A DNA stretch of 64,000 nt from Candidatus Caldarchaeum sp. (GTDB taxonomy: Archaea > Thermoproteota > Nitrososphaeria_A > Caldarchaeales > Caldarchaeaceae): contig JAWBKB010000001.1 of the NCBI GenBank assembly GCA_038831915.1, positions 1-64,000 on the forward strand. Direction: 5' to 3'. A program made the translations under genes and the position numbers. This document shows positions 8,801 through 18,591 of this stretch, in pieces. Below the pieces are notes generated by a model, which made no database searches, had not been told where the DNA came from, and saw only the letters and a program-made list of their open reading frames with translations. Every line of letters begins with the position of its first letter. The stretch's first letter is position 1.

Positions 8801-9269
8801 GTGGCTAGGTTTTTCACACCATACATGGTGTTGGGAGCTGTGTTGTTTTTTGGTGTGGCTTACTCGCCCCGTACCTGGCGCAGCCCCGTCAGACGGGGAC
8901 AGCGGGCGATGACAACGAGACGCTCCTCAACACCTGCATGAACGCGTATGAGAGGATAAGCATGCACATCCACGTTAGGCTTACTGGTTGACGGCGTGGA
9001 TGTTAAAGTTCAGGCAGACATTGGGATCGCCTCCGACGGACATATAAAAGTAATACACACCCATGACGAGACAGGGATAGCGAATGTCGAGTCACCTGTC
9101 CACATGGATTCTACATTCGGCGACTTGTCTGAGGCAAAGCCCTCGCCCGCCAATGTTTCGACAAACACTGCGGGGAGGTTCAGGTAAAGGTTGACGGCTG
9201 GAAACGCATGGCCGGTAAAACCACATGTCGAGAGATGGAGATAAGATCACAGTTAGGGCAGCCACATAG
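8801..9269 (+). pseudogene. Membrane-anchored HxH...HTHD protein, multiply frameshifted
   Basis: Pieces across frames: MARFFTPYMVLGAVLFFGVAY / ...TCMNAYERISMHIHVRLT / VDGVDVKVQADIGI...IHTHDETGIANVESP...TFGDL / GKALARQCFDKHCGEVQVKVDG / RDGDKITVRAAT*. Confidence 0.65.
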
Positions 9270-9358
9270 CCTTCGATGGAATATGCGTGGCAACGTTTCA
9301 AACTTTGTCGTGCTTTGTCTACTAGCAAGATTGATATTTACTAAACGTCTTTCTTACG

Positions 9359-9604
9359 ATGGATAATGACGAGGAAACCGTGAAAGTAACAAGAAATTAT
9401 CAAGTAACGATACCCAGCCGCGTCAGGTCAAAGGCCGACATAAAAGTGGGGAGCATCGTCAAAGTCGTCTACGACGCGCACGAGAATGTGATAAAGATAA
9501 TTCCTTTGAAGAGGAAGAGGACGACGGTTCGGCTAGGCAGGAAGGTAACGGTTGAGGAAATAGAGGAAGCTGCTGAGAGGCTTTTGGATGAGGCTACTTC
9601 CTGA
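9359..9604 (+). CDS. AbrB/MazE/SpoVT-family antitoxin (VapB-like)
   Basis: VKVTRNYQVTIPSRVRSKADIKVG signature; stop overlaps the PIN gene start. Confidence 0.9.
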   Translation: MDNDEETVKVTRNYQVTIPSRVRSKADIKVGSIVKVVYDAHENVIKIIPLKRKRTTVRLGRKVTVEEIEEAAERLLDEATS

Positions 9605-9992
9605 CACCAACGTTCTAGTCTACGACACAGTTGAGGACAGCATGCACCATGACAAGGCTGTAAAAATCATAGACGCAGCTGGAGAGCTGGCCATACCGCC
9701 CATAGTTATCCATGAATATGTCTAGGTAATGCTGAGGTTTTCAGTATCACCAAAAACAATCTCAGTGAAGATTCATGAATATCTTGAAGACCCGAGGACG
9801 AAATACCTCGTCGAACCTCTCGTCGCAGTAGATGATGCGCTCAGAATGATGGAGGAAGATAAAGCGCCGGTAAAAGAGGTTAACGACTACATCATCCTTT
9901 CGTTAGCTTTGAGACATGGACTGACGCTCGCAACGTTTGACATCGAGCTGAGAAAGAGGGCGGCGGCTAGAAAGGTAAGCGTTATACCTTAA
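9588..9992 (+). pseudogene. PIN-domain toxin (VapC-like) with one in-frame amber stop
   Basis: MRLLPDTNVLVYD...IHEYV*VMLR...VNDYIILSLA...LATFD; TAG at 9723-9725, probably from TGG. Confidence 0.85.
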
Positions 9993-10139
9993 GTAATGTG
10001 AGCTTGCAAAAGCAGGCGAGGGTAGTTTTCCGCTGTTTTCAGAGTCAACCTGTTAACAATACTCACACAATCCGTAAATATACTATATTTTGGTTAATGT
10101 TAAATGCTTTGACGCCGATTTATGTATCGGAGTTTTTCC

Positions 10140-11381
10140 ATGTTGAGAAAAGCCATCATCCCCCTCGGGGGCTTGGGGACGCGTCTTTACCCCCTCACAG
10201 CTGACACTTCAAAGGCCATGATCAGGTTTTTGAACAGGCCTTTAATCGAATGGATGATCGCCTCGCTTGCGAGGCAGGGAATTCGCGAAGTTTATCTCGC
10301 GGTTAGCGGTTTTAACAACTACATTCCGTTAATCGATTATATGGGCGGCGGTGAGCGGATTGCGTTCGCTTTGAGGATGGAGCCGGACATTTTCCGCGTT
10401 CGTTACCAACCGAATATAACGAGTCTTGGAAACGCTCACGCCGTCAAAATAGTCATGGAATATTATGACATAAACGAGCCCGTGCTGGTGTTGCAGGGAG
10501 ATACAGTTGCAAAGCTTGACCTTCTCCAAATCTGGGTTTCACACTATGAAAAAGCGGCTTTCATGTCGGTTGGGTTGAAAGAGTTGGAGCCGTGGAAAGA
10601 CGTGAGCATGTATGGGGTTGCGGATGTCGACGAAGAATACCATGTCAGAAGGTTTGTCGAAAAGCCTAAAACAGCTCCGCCTTCACGGCTCATCAACACA
10701 GGCATCTACGTTCTTTCACCTCAGTTCATGGATTTCTTGAAAACATCCGCGGGGATGCATCTGCTCAAAACAGGACAGCTTGACTTCGGCAAACACGTCA
10801 TTCCAACCCTGGTTGAACACGGATACCATGTTTCAGGTTTTCTAGTCAAAGACTACTGGTTCGACATCGGAACACCCGAAACATATCTAGAAGCCGTTTT
10901 CTACGTTCTTCGGCAGCTGAGCCTCGACGATTTAGGCGTGACGTTTAGCTATAAAGGAGTACGGATGCAGGGCCGAACTCAGGAATCACGAAGGCTACAC
11001 ACCGAGCTCGTCCAAAGAGAAAAAGCCGGCCAAATATTCTTCGAAGGAGAAATTCTACTGGGCCGACATATCTCCGTCGGAACTGGAACCAAAATCATCA
11101 ATTCAGTTATCGACCACTACACTATACTTGACCATGACGTGACGGTTGAAAACTCCGTAATAATGGATCGATGCGTGGTTGGAGGACGCACCGTTGTCAA
11201 GGACAGTATCATCGGCAGACATGTCAGGATTGGAGAGAACTGTGAAATCATCGGCTCGATTCTGGGAAACGGGGCTGAAGTCATGAACGGAGTTCGAATC
11301 ATCGGGTCGAAGATTTGGCCTCATCAAAAACTGAGTGAAAGAACCGAAATTTACAACGTCGTTTCGCAGCCGCCTACTTGA
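10140..11381 (+). CDS. NDP-sugar synthase (sugar-1-phosphate nucleotidyltransferase with LbH domain); probable ADP/UDP-glucose source for glycogen
   Basis: IIPLGGLGTRLYPLT, FVEKP, INTGIY, DFGKHVIP, YWFDIGT and hexapeptide repeats; overlaps glgB start. Confidence 0.85.
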   Translation: MLRKAIIPLGGLGTRLYPLTADTSKAMIRFLNRPLIEWMIASLARQGIREVYLAVSGFNNYIPLIDYMGGGERIAFALRMEPDIFRVRYQPNITSLGNAHAVKIVMEYYDINEPVLVLQGDTVAKLDLLQIWVSHYEKAAFMSVGLKELEPWKDVSMYGVADVDEEYHVRRFVEKPKTAPPSRLINTGIYVLSPQFMDFLKTSAGMHLLKTGQLDFGKHVIPTLVEHGYHVSGFLVKDYWFDIGTPETYLEAVFYVLRQLSLDDLGVTFSYKGVRMQGRTQESRRLHTELVQREKAGQIFFEGEILLGRHISVGTGTKIINSVIDHYTILDHDVTVENSVIMDRCVVGGRTVVKDSIIGRHVRIGENCEIIGSILGNGAEVMNGVRIIGSKIWPHQKLSERTEIYNVVSQPPT

Positions 11382-13279
11382 AGATGAACAACGTGAAACA
11401 GTTCAGCCTTTTGACCGACTACGATATCTGGCTGTTTAGACAGGGGAAACATTTCCGGCTTTACGAGAAGATGGGAGCACATCGGCTGAAGCTGAACGGT
11501 GTAGAAGGTGTTTATTTCGCGGTTTGGGCGCCCAACGCCGCCCGAGTCACGGTCATGGGAGACTTCAACGGCTGGAACAAAGATGCCCACGTTCTCCATC
11601 GACGTGGCGACGGCTCAGGAATATGGGAAGGCTTCATCGAAAACGTCTGGGTTGGCTGCCGATACAAATATCACATCTTTTCGTCGCAGGGGCAGGCGTT
11701 TGACAAGGGAGACCCTTTCGCTTTTCTCTGGGAAACGCCTCCGGGCACAGCTTCCATAATATGGGACCTTAACTATGAATGGAATGATAATGAATGGATG
11801 CGGAACCGTCGGAAACATAACTCGCTTTCCTGTCCCATTTCGGTTTACGAAGTTCATATCGGCTCGTGGCGTCATTTCCACAACATGACTTTTGCAAGCA
11901 TCGGGCAGCAGTTGGCCGAATACGTCGCTGATCTCGGGTTCACGCATGTCGAGCTACTTCCCGTGATGGAACATCCCTTCTATGGTTCGTGGGGTTATCA
12001 GACAACAGGATATTACGCTCCGACCAGCAGGTATGGAACTCCGCAAGACTTTATGAAGTTCGTGGAAACCATGCATCAACACGGCATCGGTGTTTTCATC
12101 GACTGGGTTCCGTCCCATTTCCCCACCGACGGCCACGGCCTCGTCTATTTCGACGGAAGCCATCTCTATGAATACAGCGACCCATTGATGCGTTATCATC
12201 CAGATTGGAACAGCTACGTCTTCGACTACGGCAAACCTGAGGTGGTTTCGTTTCTAATCAGCTCGGCCTTTTTCTGGCTCGACAAATATCACGTGGACGG
12301 CATACGGGTTGACGCGGTCAGTTCGATGCTTTACCGTGACTATTCACGTAGAGAATGGTCTCCAAACATCTACGGCGGCAAGGAAAATTTGGAAGCCGTT
12401 GCCTTCCTAAGAGAACTGAACAAAGCAGTTTATGGAACATTTGACGGCGTTCAAATGATAGCTGAGGAGTCAACCGCCTGGCCGCTTGTTTCGAGGCCCA
12501 CTTACGTGGGCGGGCTTGGTTTTGGAATGAAATGGAACATGGGATGGATGCATGACACGTTGGAATATTTCTCCAAAGACCCCATCTTTCGGAAATATCA
12601 CCACAACCTCATCACGTTCAGTTTCTGGTATGTTTTCAGCGAAAACTACATTCTGCCAATTTCACATGACGAAGTTGTTTATGGGAAAAAGTCTCTGCTA
12701 AACAAAATGCCAGGCGATTGGTGGCAGAAGTTCGCTAATCTCCGCGCCTTCCTCAGCTACATGTATGCGTTCCCTGGGAAGAAGTTGTTATTTATGGGGT
12801 GTGAGTTCGGACAGTGGAACGAATGGAACCATCTATCGCCTTTAGACTGGCACCTACTCAATTATGATACTCACGCAGGCGTGATGCGCCTTGTAAAAGA
12901 CTTGAACCGTGTTTACCGAGCCGAGCCGGCGCTACATCGGTTTGATTTCGAACCAGCTGGTCTCGAAGTCGTTGATTTCTCAGATGTCGACCAGAGTGTT
13001 GTCTGTTTTCTGAGAAAAGCCGGTGATGAAATGATTATGGTTGTGTGCAACTTTACTCCAGTTGTTCGCTATCCATACGTTTTGGGAGTTCCCCGGCCCG
13101 GGTTTTGGAAAGAAATAATCAACACCGACGCCCGCGAATATGGTGGAAGCGGTGTCGGAAACTTTGGCGGAAAACCTGCTCAGCCAAGACCTTGGCATGG
13201 ACGGCCTTACAGCGTCGAACTAGTTTTACCACCTCTCGCAACTCTATACCTCAAACACACGTCATTGGAAAATCACTGA
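11378..13279 (+). CDS. glgB: 1,4-alpha-glucan branching enzyme, GH13 bacterial type
   Basis: FAVWAPNA, SWGYQ, DWVPSHFP; catalytic RVDAV, AEEST, SHDEVV; GKKLLFMG. Confidence 0.95.
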   Translation: MKMNNVKQFSLLTDYDIWLFRQGKHFRLYEKMGAHRLKLNGVEGVYFAVWAPNAARVTVMGDFNGWNKDAHVLHRRGDGSGIWEGFIENVWVGCRYKYHIFSSQGQAFDKGDPFAFLWETPPGTASIIWDLNYEWNDNEWMRNRRKHNSLSCPISVYEVHIGSWRHFHNMTFASIGQQLAEYVADLGFTHVELLPVMEHPFYGSWGYQTTGYYAPTSRYGTPQDFMKFVETMHQHGIGVFIDWVPSHFPTDGHGLVYFDGSHLYEYSDPLMRYHPDWNSYVFDYGKPEVVSFLISSAFFWLDKYHVDGIRVDAVSSMLYRDYSRREWSPNIYGGKENLEAVAFLRELNKAVYGTFDGVQMIAEESTAWPLVSRPTYVGGLGFGMKWNMGWMHDTLEYFSKDPIFRKYHHNLITFSFWYVFSENYILPISHDEVVYGKKSLLNKMPGDWWQKFANLRAFLSYMYAFPGKKLLFMGCEFGQWNEWNHLSPLDWHLLNYDTHAGVMRLVKDLNRVYRAEPALHRFDFEPAGLEVVDFSDVDQSVVCFLRKAGDEMIMVVCNFTPVVRYPYVLGVPRPGFWKEIINTDAREYGGSGVGNFGGKPAQPRPWHGRPYSVELVLPPLATLYLKHTSLENH

Positions 13280-14814
13280 GAAGAACCATAGTATTCATGA
13301 AGTGCTCTTCTGATGTCGAACCGTGTTCTCATAGTTTGGAAAGCGTTGAACGATACCTGCTGATACGTGACGGGTTTTTTCGTGAACACGTCGTAGATAT
13401 CGTGGAATTTTTGAAGCATGTCGGAATAGTCCCTTTCGTCGATTTGTGATGTTTTATCATGGTCTGTGTAAATGTTGATGAGGTGTTCGAGCTCTTGTCC
13501 GAAAAGCCAGCCGTTGTAGCCGTCCACGATGGATTCAACGGCTCCTCCGTCACGTGAAGAAAGGGTTGGAACACCGTTTACACCGGCTTTCATGAAGCTT
13601 GTGCCACATGCTTCCCAGCCGGGGAAAGGAGTGAAAAGCAGCAAATCCACCGAGGAAAGAATCAACTTAGCTTTCGCAACGTCGTAATCGTGAAGATAAA
13701 CAACGTTGTTGTACTCCTTTGCAAGCTTCCGAAACCTCGACATGAAATAAAGTCCATCTCCATCAAATGGATGTGCTTTTCCGCCGAGAACAAAGAATAC
13801 GTCGTCTTTGCGAACTAGGTCTATGATGAGCCGCTCCGCGAAATAAGGCCTCTTGTATTTCGTCAGCCTTCTCGGCCATGCGACGAGGAAGACGTCATCA
13901 TCAAGGTCTACACTGGTTTTCCAGGCCCTGAGAACTTCCAAAAACTGCTTCTTCATCTTGTTTCTCGCATCGGCCAGCGACTGCATTGTTACCTGTTTTT
14001 CTGACGACAACAGACGAGCAATTTCCGGATGTGTCCATCTGTCAAGATTTACGCCGTTGGTGACGTGTGTGATTTTCTCGGCATAGGATGAAGAGACTTG
14101 TTTAACCAGCTTTTCATGCTTTGCGGACACTGCGAAGACCTTGGCCGCCTTGTCCATGGAGAGATAGTAAAGGGATGACCCGTATTTTTCCAAGTCCGAA
14201 TTTTGAATGTCCTTCTTCACCACAGCGGGGTTGACACCGAAATTTGCCCACGGAGCTATAGTGTGAACGACGAAACGAATCTTTCCCCCCAGCTCTGGCA
14301 GTAGATACGTTATCAGGGAGCTGAGGCTTTCCTGCAAATCAATGTATCTAATGTCGTCGAGGCCTATGACTGTTCGAATGTAAGCCGCTGAAGCTTTTGC
14401 CAAGATAATCGCTGCGAGTTCACGGCTGTCCTGAGCATCATAGATATACAGCCTTTCAACAGCACGCGCTGCTTTCATCGGTTCAAGAACGTGAAAGAAA
14501 ACAACTTTCGCACTTCCCAAAGTCTTGCTGTAGGGCCTGATGACTATTTTTTCACCGAGAAATTCCGAATCGATGAAAATATCCCGCTCGGCCTGCAAAT
14601 TCATCGCTAAAACCTTTTGTGGTCTGGCCGCAAAGCCATCATCCACGGGCTCGTACTCTACGTAGCCCCCCGGATAGAAGAACGTGAGAACTGTGTAAGA
14701 CATCTTGCTCGCCGCGGCGGCGTAAAATTTGTCACTTTCGAGAACGCCGAGGCCGCCGGCATAAACAGGGAAATCATCCAGCGCTATTTCAGGAGTGATG
14801 CTGACAATTTTCAT
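13273..14814 (-). CDS. glgP: Glycogen/maltodextrin phosphorylase (GT35, short archaeal type)
   Basis: YAGGLGVL, VTNGV, RRLTKYKR, GKAHP and PLP motif EACGTSFMK. Confidence 0.9.
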   Translation of the reverse strand: MKIVSITPEIALDDFPVYAGGLGVLESDKFYAAAASKMSYTVLTFFYPGGYVEYEPVDDGFAARPQKVLAMNLQAERDIFIDSEFLGEKIVIRPYSKTLGSAKVVFFHVLEPMKAARAVERLYIYDAQDSRELAAIILAKASAAYIRTVIGLDDIRYIDLQESLSSLITYLLPELGGKIRFVVHTIAPWANFGVNPAVVKKDIQNSDLEKYGSSLYYLSMDKAAKVFAVSAKHEKLVKQVSSSYAEKITHVTNGVNLDRWTHPEIARLLSSEKQVTMQSLADARNKMKKQFLEVLRAWKTSVDLDDDVFLVAWPRRLTKYKRPYFAERLIIDLVRKDDVFFVLGGKAHPFDGDGLYFMSRFRKLAKEYNNVVYLHDYDVAKAKLILSSVDLLLFTPFPGWEACGTSFMKAGVNGVPTLSSRDGGAVESIVDGYNGWLFGQELEHLINIYTDHDKTSQIDERDYSDMLQKFHDIYDVFTKKPVTYQQVSFNAFQTMRTRFDIRRALHEYYGSSQ

Positions 14815-14864
14815 CTTTTATCCCCTGCCGAGCCGTCTAACTTTTTACCTTTATCCCACTTTTC

Positions 14865-16436
14865 CTAGTTGATACGTTTCAGTGCAATACTTCGGGCTTT
14901 ATCATAGCATTTGAGAAGCATTTGTAGAGTGTTTCTTTCTCGGAAGTTTTCGTCAACCCATTTAACCACGTTGTGGCGAATGTGTTTCAACGCGTTAAAC
15001 CGATTGCGGATGAATTCGAGTGAAATCTTATCTAGGTATTCTTTTTTCCCGGTGTCGGCGGCTTCTGTGAGCATCGCCAGCGACGAAACAGCCATTCCAA
15101 GATAAAGTGTTTCCTCGTATCCGATGAGTTTTCCGCTACCGTCGTCGTAAAAGTAGATGTCTTTGATGGTTTCAGCGAGGCCGGGCACGTTTGTCGCGAC
15201 GACCGGTGTGCCGAGGGCCTGAGCTTCTACTGAAGCAATTCCGAAAGGTTCGTATCGCGACGGCATGACCGCGACATTCGCCGAATACAGCACGGATTTC
15301 ATCAGCATGGGAGAAATTGCGCCCCGTGTAATCATCACCCTGCCCGGCCTCTGCTCCGCGAGAGTTTTCAAGTAGGATTCATGTCCGAAATCACCCGCTG
15401 AAAGCCCCATTATCAACACACCAACCGACGAATCCATATAGTCGACCGATTGAATCAACACGTCGTAGCCCTTCTGCCAAACTAAACGTCCATGAGCTAC
15501 TGCGAGGAGTTTCGATTTCTCGAGGGTGCCCACGACGGCTTCTGCATGATTTTTGACCGTTTGGATGGCGAGCGGCCGCAGCTTAGACCTGTCAACTGTT
15601 CCAAATTGCTTCGCCGCATAGTCTACGACATCGTGTAAACTCCAGTCGGTCGAGTTGTAGATGTAGCCGGTTTTCTCAGATGGGACGAAAGGCCATCGGG
15701 CGAGAAGCTGGTCCAAATAGCCTCTACTGACCGATGTCAGCAAATCTGATTCGACAGCGGCAAACGCGTCGATGTTTCCGCCGACGCTGTCCCAAACATC
15801 GCTTGTCCAAGACCAGTAACCGTTGCCGTGAGTGGGAACTTTGTGATAGATGCTGTGTAGGCCGCACCATTTCTCAGAAGCATAGTGCCATGGAAAAGAT
15901 GGCGATGAAACGAGATGAACTGTGTGAACCCATGGCACGGTAACACCGGCGAAATGGAAATGTGTTTTGAGCGCTGCGGCGGCTAAGACTGCGGTCCAGT
16001 CATGGCTGTGAACGATGTCCGGCGGTTGCTTGTTTCGCGTCCATTCGAGGACACCACGGGTGAAAAGAGCCATTTTCTCCGCAGCTTCTCTATAAATTTC
16101 TTTTTCGTCGAGGAATTGGCTGGTCCAGCGGTCGAGCCCTCTGAAGACAATGAGCTTGACACCATCCATTGTGAATGACTCGGCTCCGATATGGTATGGA
16201 TATGTTTTTCCGTCGACACCTATGCGGTGGCCGTTCCAGCTTCCTTCATGAGCAGAGTCAGCCACGTGTAATCCATGAGATGGAATCAAAACCATGACTT
16301 TCACGCCCGCCGACACAAGAGCTCTAGCATGCCTCGCAACCGCGGCGCCCAGCCCGCCCGCCTTAGCAAAGCCCTCATATTCGAAAGACAAAATCCACAC
16401 ATCTCTCGGCAACAAATACGACATTTCCACAACCAT
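14865..16436 (-). CDS. glgA: Glycogen synthase (GT5, crenarchaeal type)
   Basis: KAGGLG, HSHDW, GRLVWQKG, PSRYEPFG. Confidence 0.9.
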   Translation of the reverse strand: MVVEMSYLLPRDVWILSFEYEGFAKAGGLGAAVARHARALVSAGVKVMVLIPSHGLHVADSAHEGSWNGHRIGVDGKTYPYHIGAESFTMDGVKLIVFRGLDRWTSQFLDEKEIYREAAEKMALFTRGVLEWTRNKQPPDIVHSHDWTAVLAAAALKTHFHFAGVTVPWVHTVHLVSSPSFPWHYASEKWCGLHSIYHKVPTHGNGYWSWTSDVWDSVGGNIDAFAAVESDLLTSVSRGYLDQLLARWPFVPSEKTGYIYNSTDWSLHDVVDYAAKQFGTVDRSKLRPLAIQTVKNHAEAVVGTLEKSKLLAVAHGRLVWQKGYDVLIQSVDYMDSSVGVLIMGLSAGDFGHESYLKTLAEQRPGRVMITRGAISPMLMKSVLYSANVAVMPSRYEPFGIASVEAQALGTPVVATNVPGLAETIKDIYFYDDGSGKLIGYEETLYLGMAVSSLAMLTEAADTGKKEYLDKISLEFIRNRFNALKHIRHNVVKWVDENFRERNTLQMLLKCYDKARSIALKRIN

Positions 16437-16438
16437 CT

Positions 16439-17926
16439 CTACACGAGGTTTATTCTTACCAGGGCTTTGGCGTCGAACTTTTCGAGCTTGAATGAAACTA
16501 TTCCGGTGAAGGAGCTGAGGTCGATGATGTTTCGTCCTTCACGGATGATGTAATGCTCTGTGGAAGCTGGGTTCAGGGGAAGGGACAGGTCGTATTCGTT
16601 GACGGTGAGCACGTTGTCGCGACTGGCGTAAAACCTGAGAGATGGCGACCTGTACCCTGTTAACGGTATGCCGCCGAAACAATTTGTTCCAAAAGCTTCC
16701 CCGAAGTTTGGCAAATTATTGAATGGAACTGTAAAGACGGCTGATGGTGGAGGTCGTTGCAAAATTTCCTGATTTAGGACGATGAAGTCCTTTTCGCCGC
16801 TGTCGAAGGGCGTTACGCGTGGTCCTCCTGAATTAGGTGAGTTGTCTGTTGCGAGGAGAATTTTGTCAGCGACTTTTTCGACGCTTGTGATTCTCGCACC
16901 GACCGCCGCGACTATTTTTGCAACTGGAGGGGTGATGTAGATGAGAACGGAAGGGCCCGTGATGGTGTTGGTGTATCGGGAATATGTTTTGGCTTCATCG
17001 GTAATGGGTTGGTACACCGAATCGTGATGTGCGTTGTAGGGAACGAGTATGCCGCCGCCAGCGATTATTGAATTGGTTCTGAACGGGGCGTAAAAGTTGT
17101 GAAAGTCGAAAAGCCTGACAAACGTGAATCGTTCATCTAAGTAAGGATTGCCGACAAACAGACCTCCTCTAACGAAGGCGAACACTCTGTCATAGGCGGA
17201 AGTCACATCACCGACGGATGGCTTGAAATAAGAAGAGCCGTCCAAAGAGCCGCCTTCGAGCCCAAACGACGCCAACTTTTTCGAAACGAGGTCGTAAAAC
17301 CTGAATTCACGCAGGCCTTCGGAATAGTTTTCGCCGACCGCGAAACAAGCCATGTCGCGGAGCAAAGCCGCTTTCAAACATTTCTCGCCGAAAAGCTGCT
17401 CAACATGTCCCGAACGTCTGTCAAGCCTGTAAACACCGTTGTTGAAATGACCGTCTTCCTGCATCAAAAACAGTTTATCGTTGAAAGGGTCGTAGAGAAT
17501 GTCTCCGACTTCAGCCGCCCATTCATCTTCCCTATGAACCGATTCACTCCAAACCAGTCTAACTTCCATGTTATCGACATCATATTCGTGGACGTGTGAA
17601 TATTTGTGGAGGAAAACTATTTTCGAAGTGTTGTTATCCATGCGTTGGTATATCGCCGGTGCATTGACCCATCCGCCGAAGTAAATGTATTGGTCGACTG
17701 TTTCGACGGCGTTGTAGGTATCGCCTCCGGAGCGGGGCGCTTGGCCGATTTTATCGAACCTGTAGATTTTCACCGAGTCGCGGTGGATGAAATGTGATTC
17801 GGCGTCAAAGGCGACGGTGTAATAGAGAACGTCTCTGTGAAACCGTAATCCAAAAATTCCTCCGCTTCCCCATTCAGGGCCTTTACGTGGAGGAAATCTT
17901 TCCAATCGGTCGACAACCCAAGACAT
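16439..17926 (-). CDS. DUF2139-type protein associated with glycogen genes
   Basis: FPP..GPEWGSGGIFGL, SGGDTYNAV, FGGWV, NxxKYSH-like motifs; start placed at ATG 17926. Confidence 0.75.
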   Translation of the reverse strand: MSWVVDRLERFPPRKGPEWGSGGIFGLRFHRDVLYYTVAFDAESHFIHRDSVKIYRFDKIGQAPRSGGDTYNAVETVDQYIYFGGWVNAPAIYQRMDNNTSKIVFLHKYSHVHEYDVDNMEVRLVWSESVHREDEWAAEVGDILYDPFNDKLFLMQEDGHFNNGVYRLDRRSGHVEQLFGEKCLKAALLRDMACFAVGENYSEGLREFRFYDLVSKKLASFGLEGGSLDGSSYFKPSVGDVTSAYDRVFAFVRGGLFVGNPYLDERFTFVRLFDFHNFYAPFRTNSIIAGGGILVPYNAHHDSVYQPITDEAKTYSRYTNTITGPSVLIYITPPVAKIVAAVGARITSVEKVADKILLATDNSPNSGGPRVTPFDSGEKDFIVLNQEILQRPPPSAVFTVPFNNLPNFGEAFGTNCFGGIPLTGYRSPSLRFYASRDNVLTVNEYDLSLPLNPASTEHYIIREGRNIIDLSSFTGIVSFKLEKFDAKALVRINLV

Positions 17927-17984
17927 CGCGGTCCGGGCAACGGAAAAGCATCGAGGATAAATAGCCTTTCCAACATGTTGTCTA

Positions 17985-18257
17985 CTAAACTGTTTTCTTC
18001 CGCGGATACGACAAGATGAGAAAGCTTCCAACGACGTAGCCGGCGAGCCAGATGACTAGGTCAGCGGCGAGCAAACTCATGTCGACGGTCCAGAAATCAG
18101 TGGGTCCGGCAAAAGTGTTAACTGTGTGGACGGCGTAGGTCAGTGGAAAACCGTATCGGACGTGTACGAAATCGGGCCATGCGTGAAGTTGGCCGAAGGT
18201 AAGACACAAAACCATCAAGAAAAACCAGACGACGCTAAAAAGAAGAAAACGGGTCAA
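17985..18257 (-). CDS. Small two-TM membrane protein
   Basis: Two hydrophobic helices around a YGFPL motif. Confidence 0.65.
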   Translation of the reverse strand: MTRFLLFSVVWFFLMVLCLTFGQLHAWPDFVHVRYGFPLTYAVHTVNTFAGPTDFWTVDMSLLAADLVIWLAGYVVGSFLILSYPRKKTV

Positions 18258-18260
18258 ATC

Positions 18261-18515
18261 CTATGCTTTTTGCTTGAGCTTGTTTTCGATGATTTCAACG
18301 ATTTCAGTGTCTGTTGGGAATCGTCGTTCCTTGTGACGGGAGAAAACAAGCTCTCCATCGACGTAGACTTCGAATATTCCGCCGTCGGTCGTGTCCAAAG
18401 TGACTGAGAAGTTTTTGTTTAACCGCTGACCATACCTGTTTAGGAGGTTTTTCGCCAAATCCATGGCCTGAGGCAGGTGTCCGCATGGAACACAGTAGAG
18501 GATTCGCACGTTCAT
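18261..18515 (-). CDS. Rdx family (SelT/SelW/SelH-like) protein, Cys form
   Basis: MNVRILYCVPCG...GGIFEVYVDGELVFSR...RFP; start at ATG 18515 within the longer ORF-track call. Confidence 0.9.
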   Translation of the reverse strand: MNVRILYCVPCGHLPQAMDLAKNLLNRYGQRLNKNFSVTLDTTDGGIFEVYVDGELVFSRHKERRFPTDTEIVEIIENKLKQKA

Positions 18516-18591
18516 GGCGTTTTCCACGAAAATGTAAGAAATATGTTTTATCTTGTTACGGAAAAAGTAATGAGGAAGCGGTGTTTCGTTT

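Noticed and set aside
8780-8960. CCCCGTC-A-GACGGGG hairpin and KHRG*YV peptide suggesting an IS605/TnpB 3' end or omega RNA
   Set aside because: The same bases are better explained as the 5' part of the HxH/HTHD pseudogene; no RuvC or Zn-ribbon motifs present.
9723-9725. In-frame TAG in the PIN toxin as pyrrolysine or programmed readthrough
   Set aside because: A single TGG-to-TAG change explains it, the surrounding genes are also decayed, and no pyl genes are seen.
18261-18515. Selenoprotein (SelW-like)
   Set aside because: The motif is CxxC with ordinary Cys codons and no in-frame TGA.
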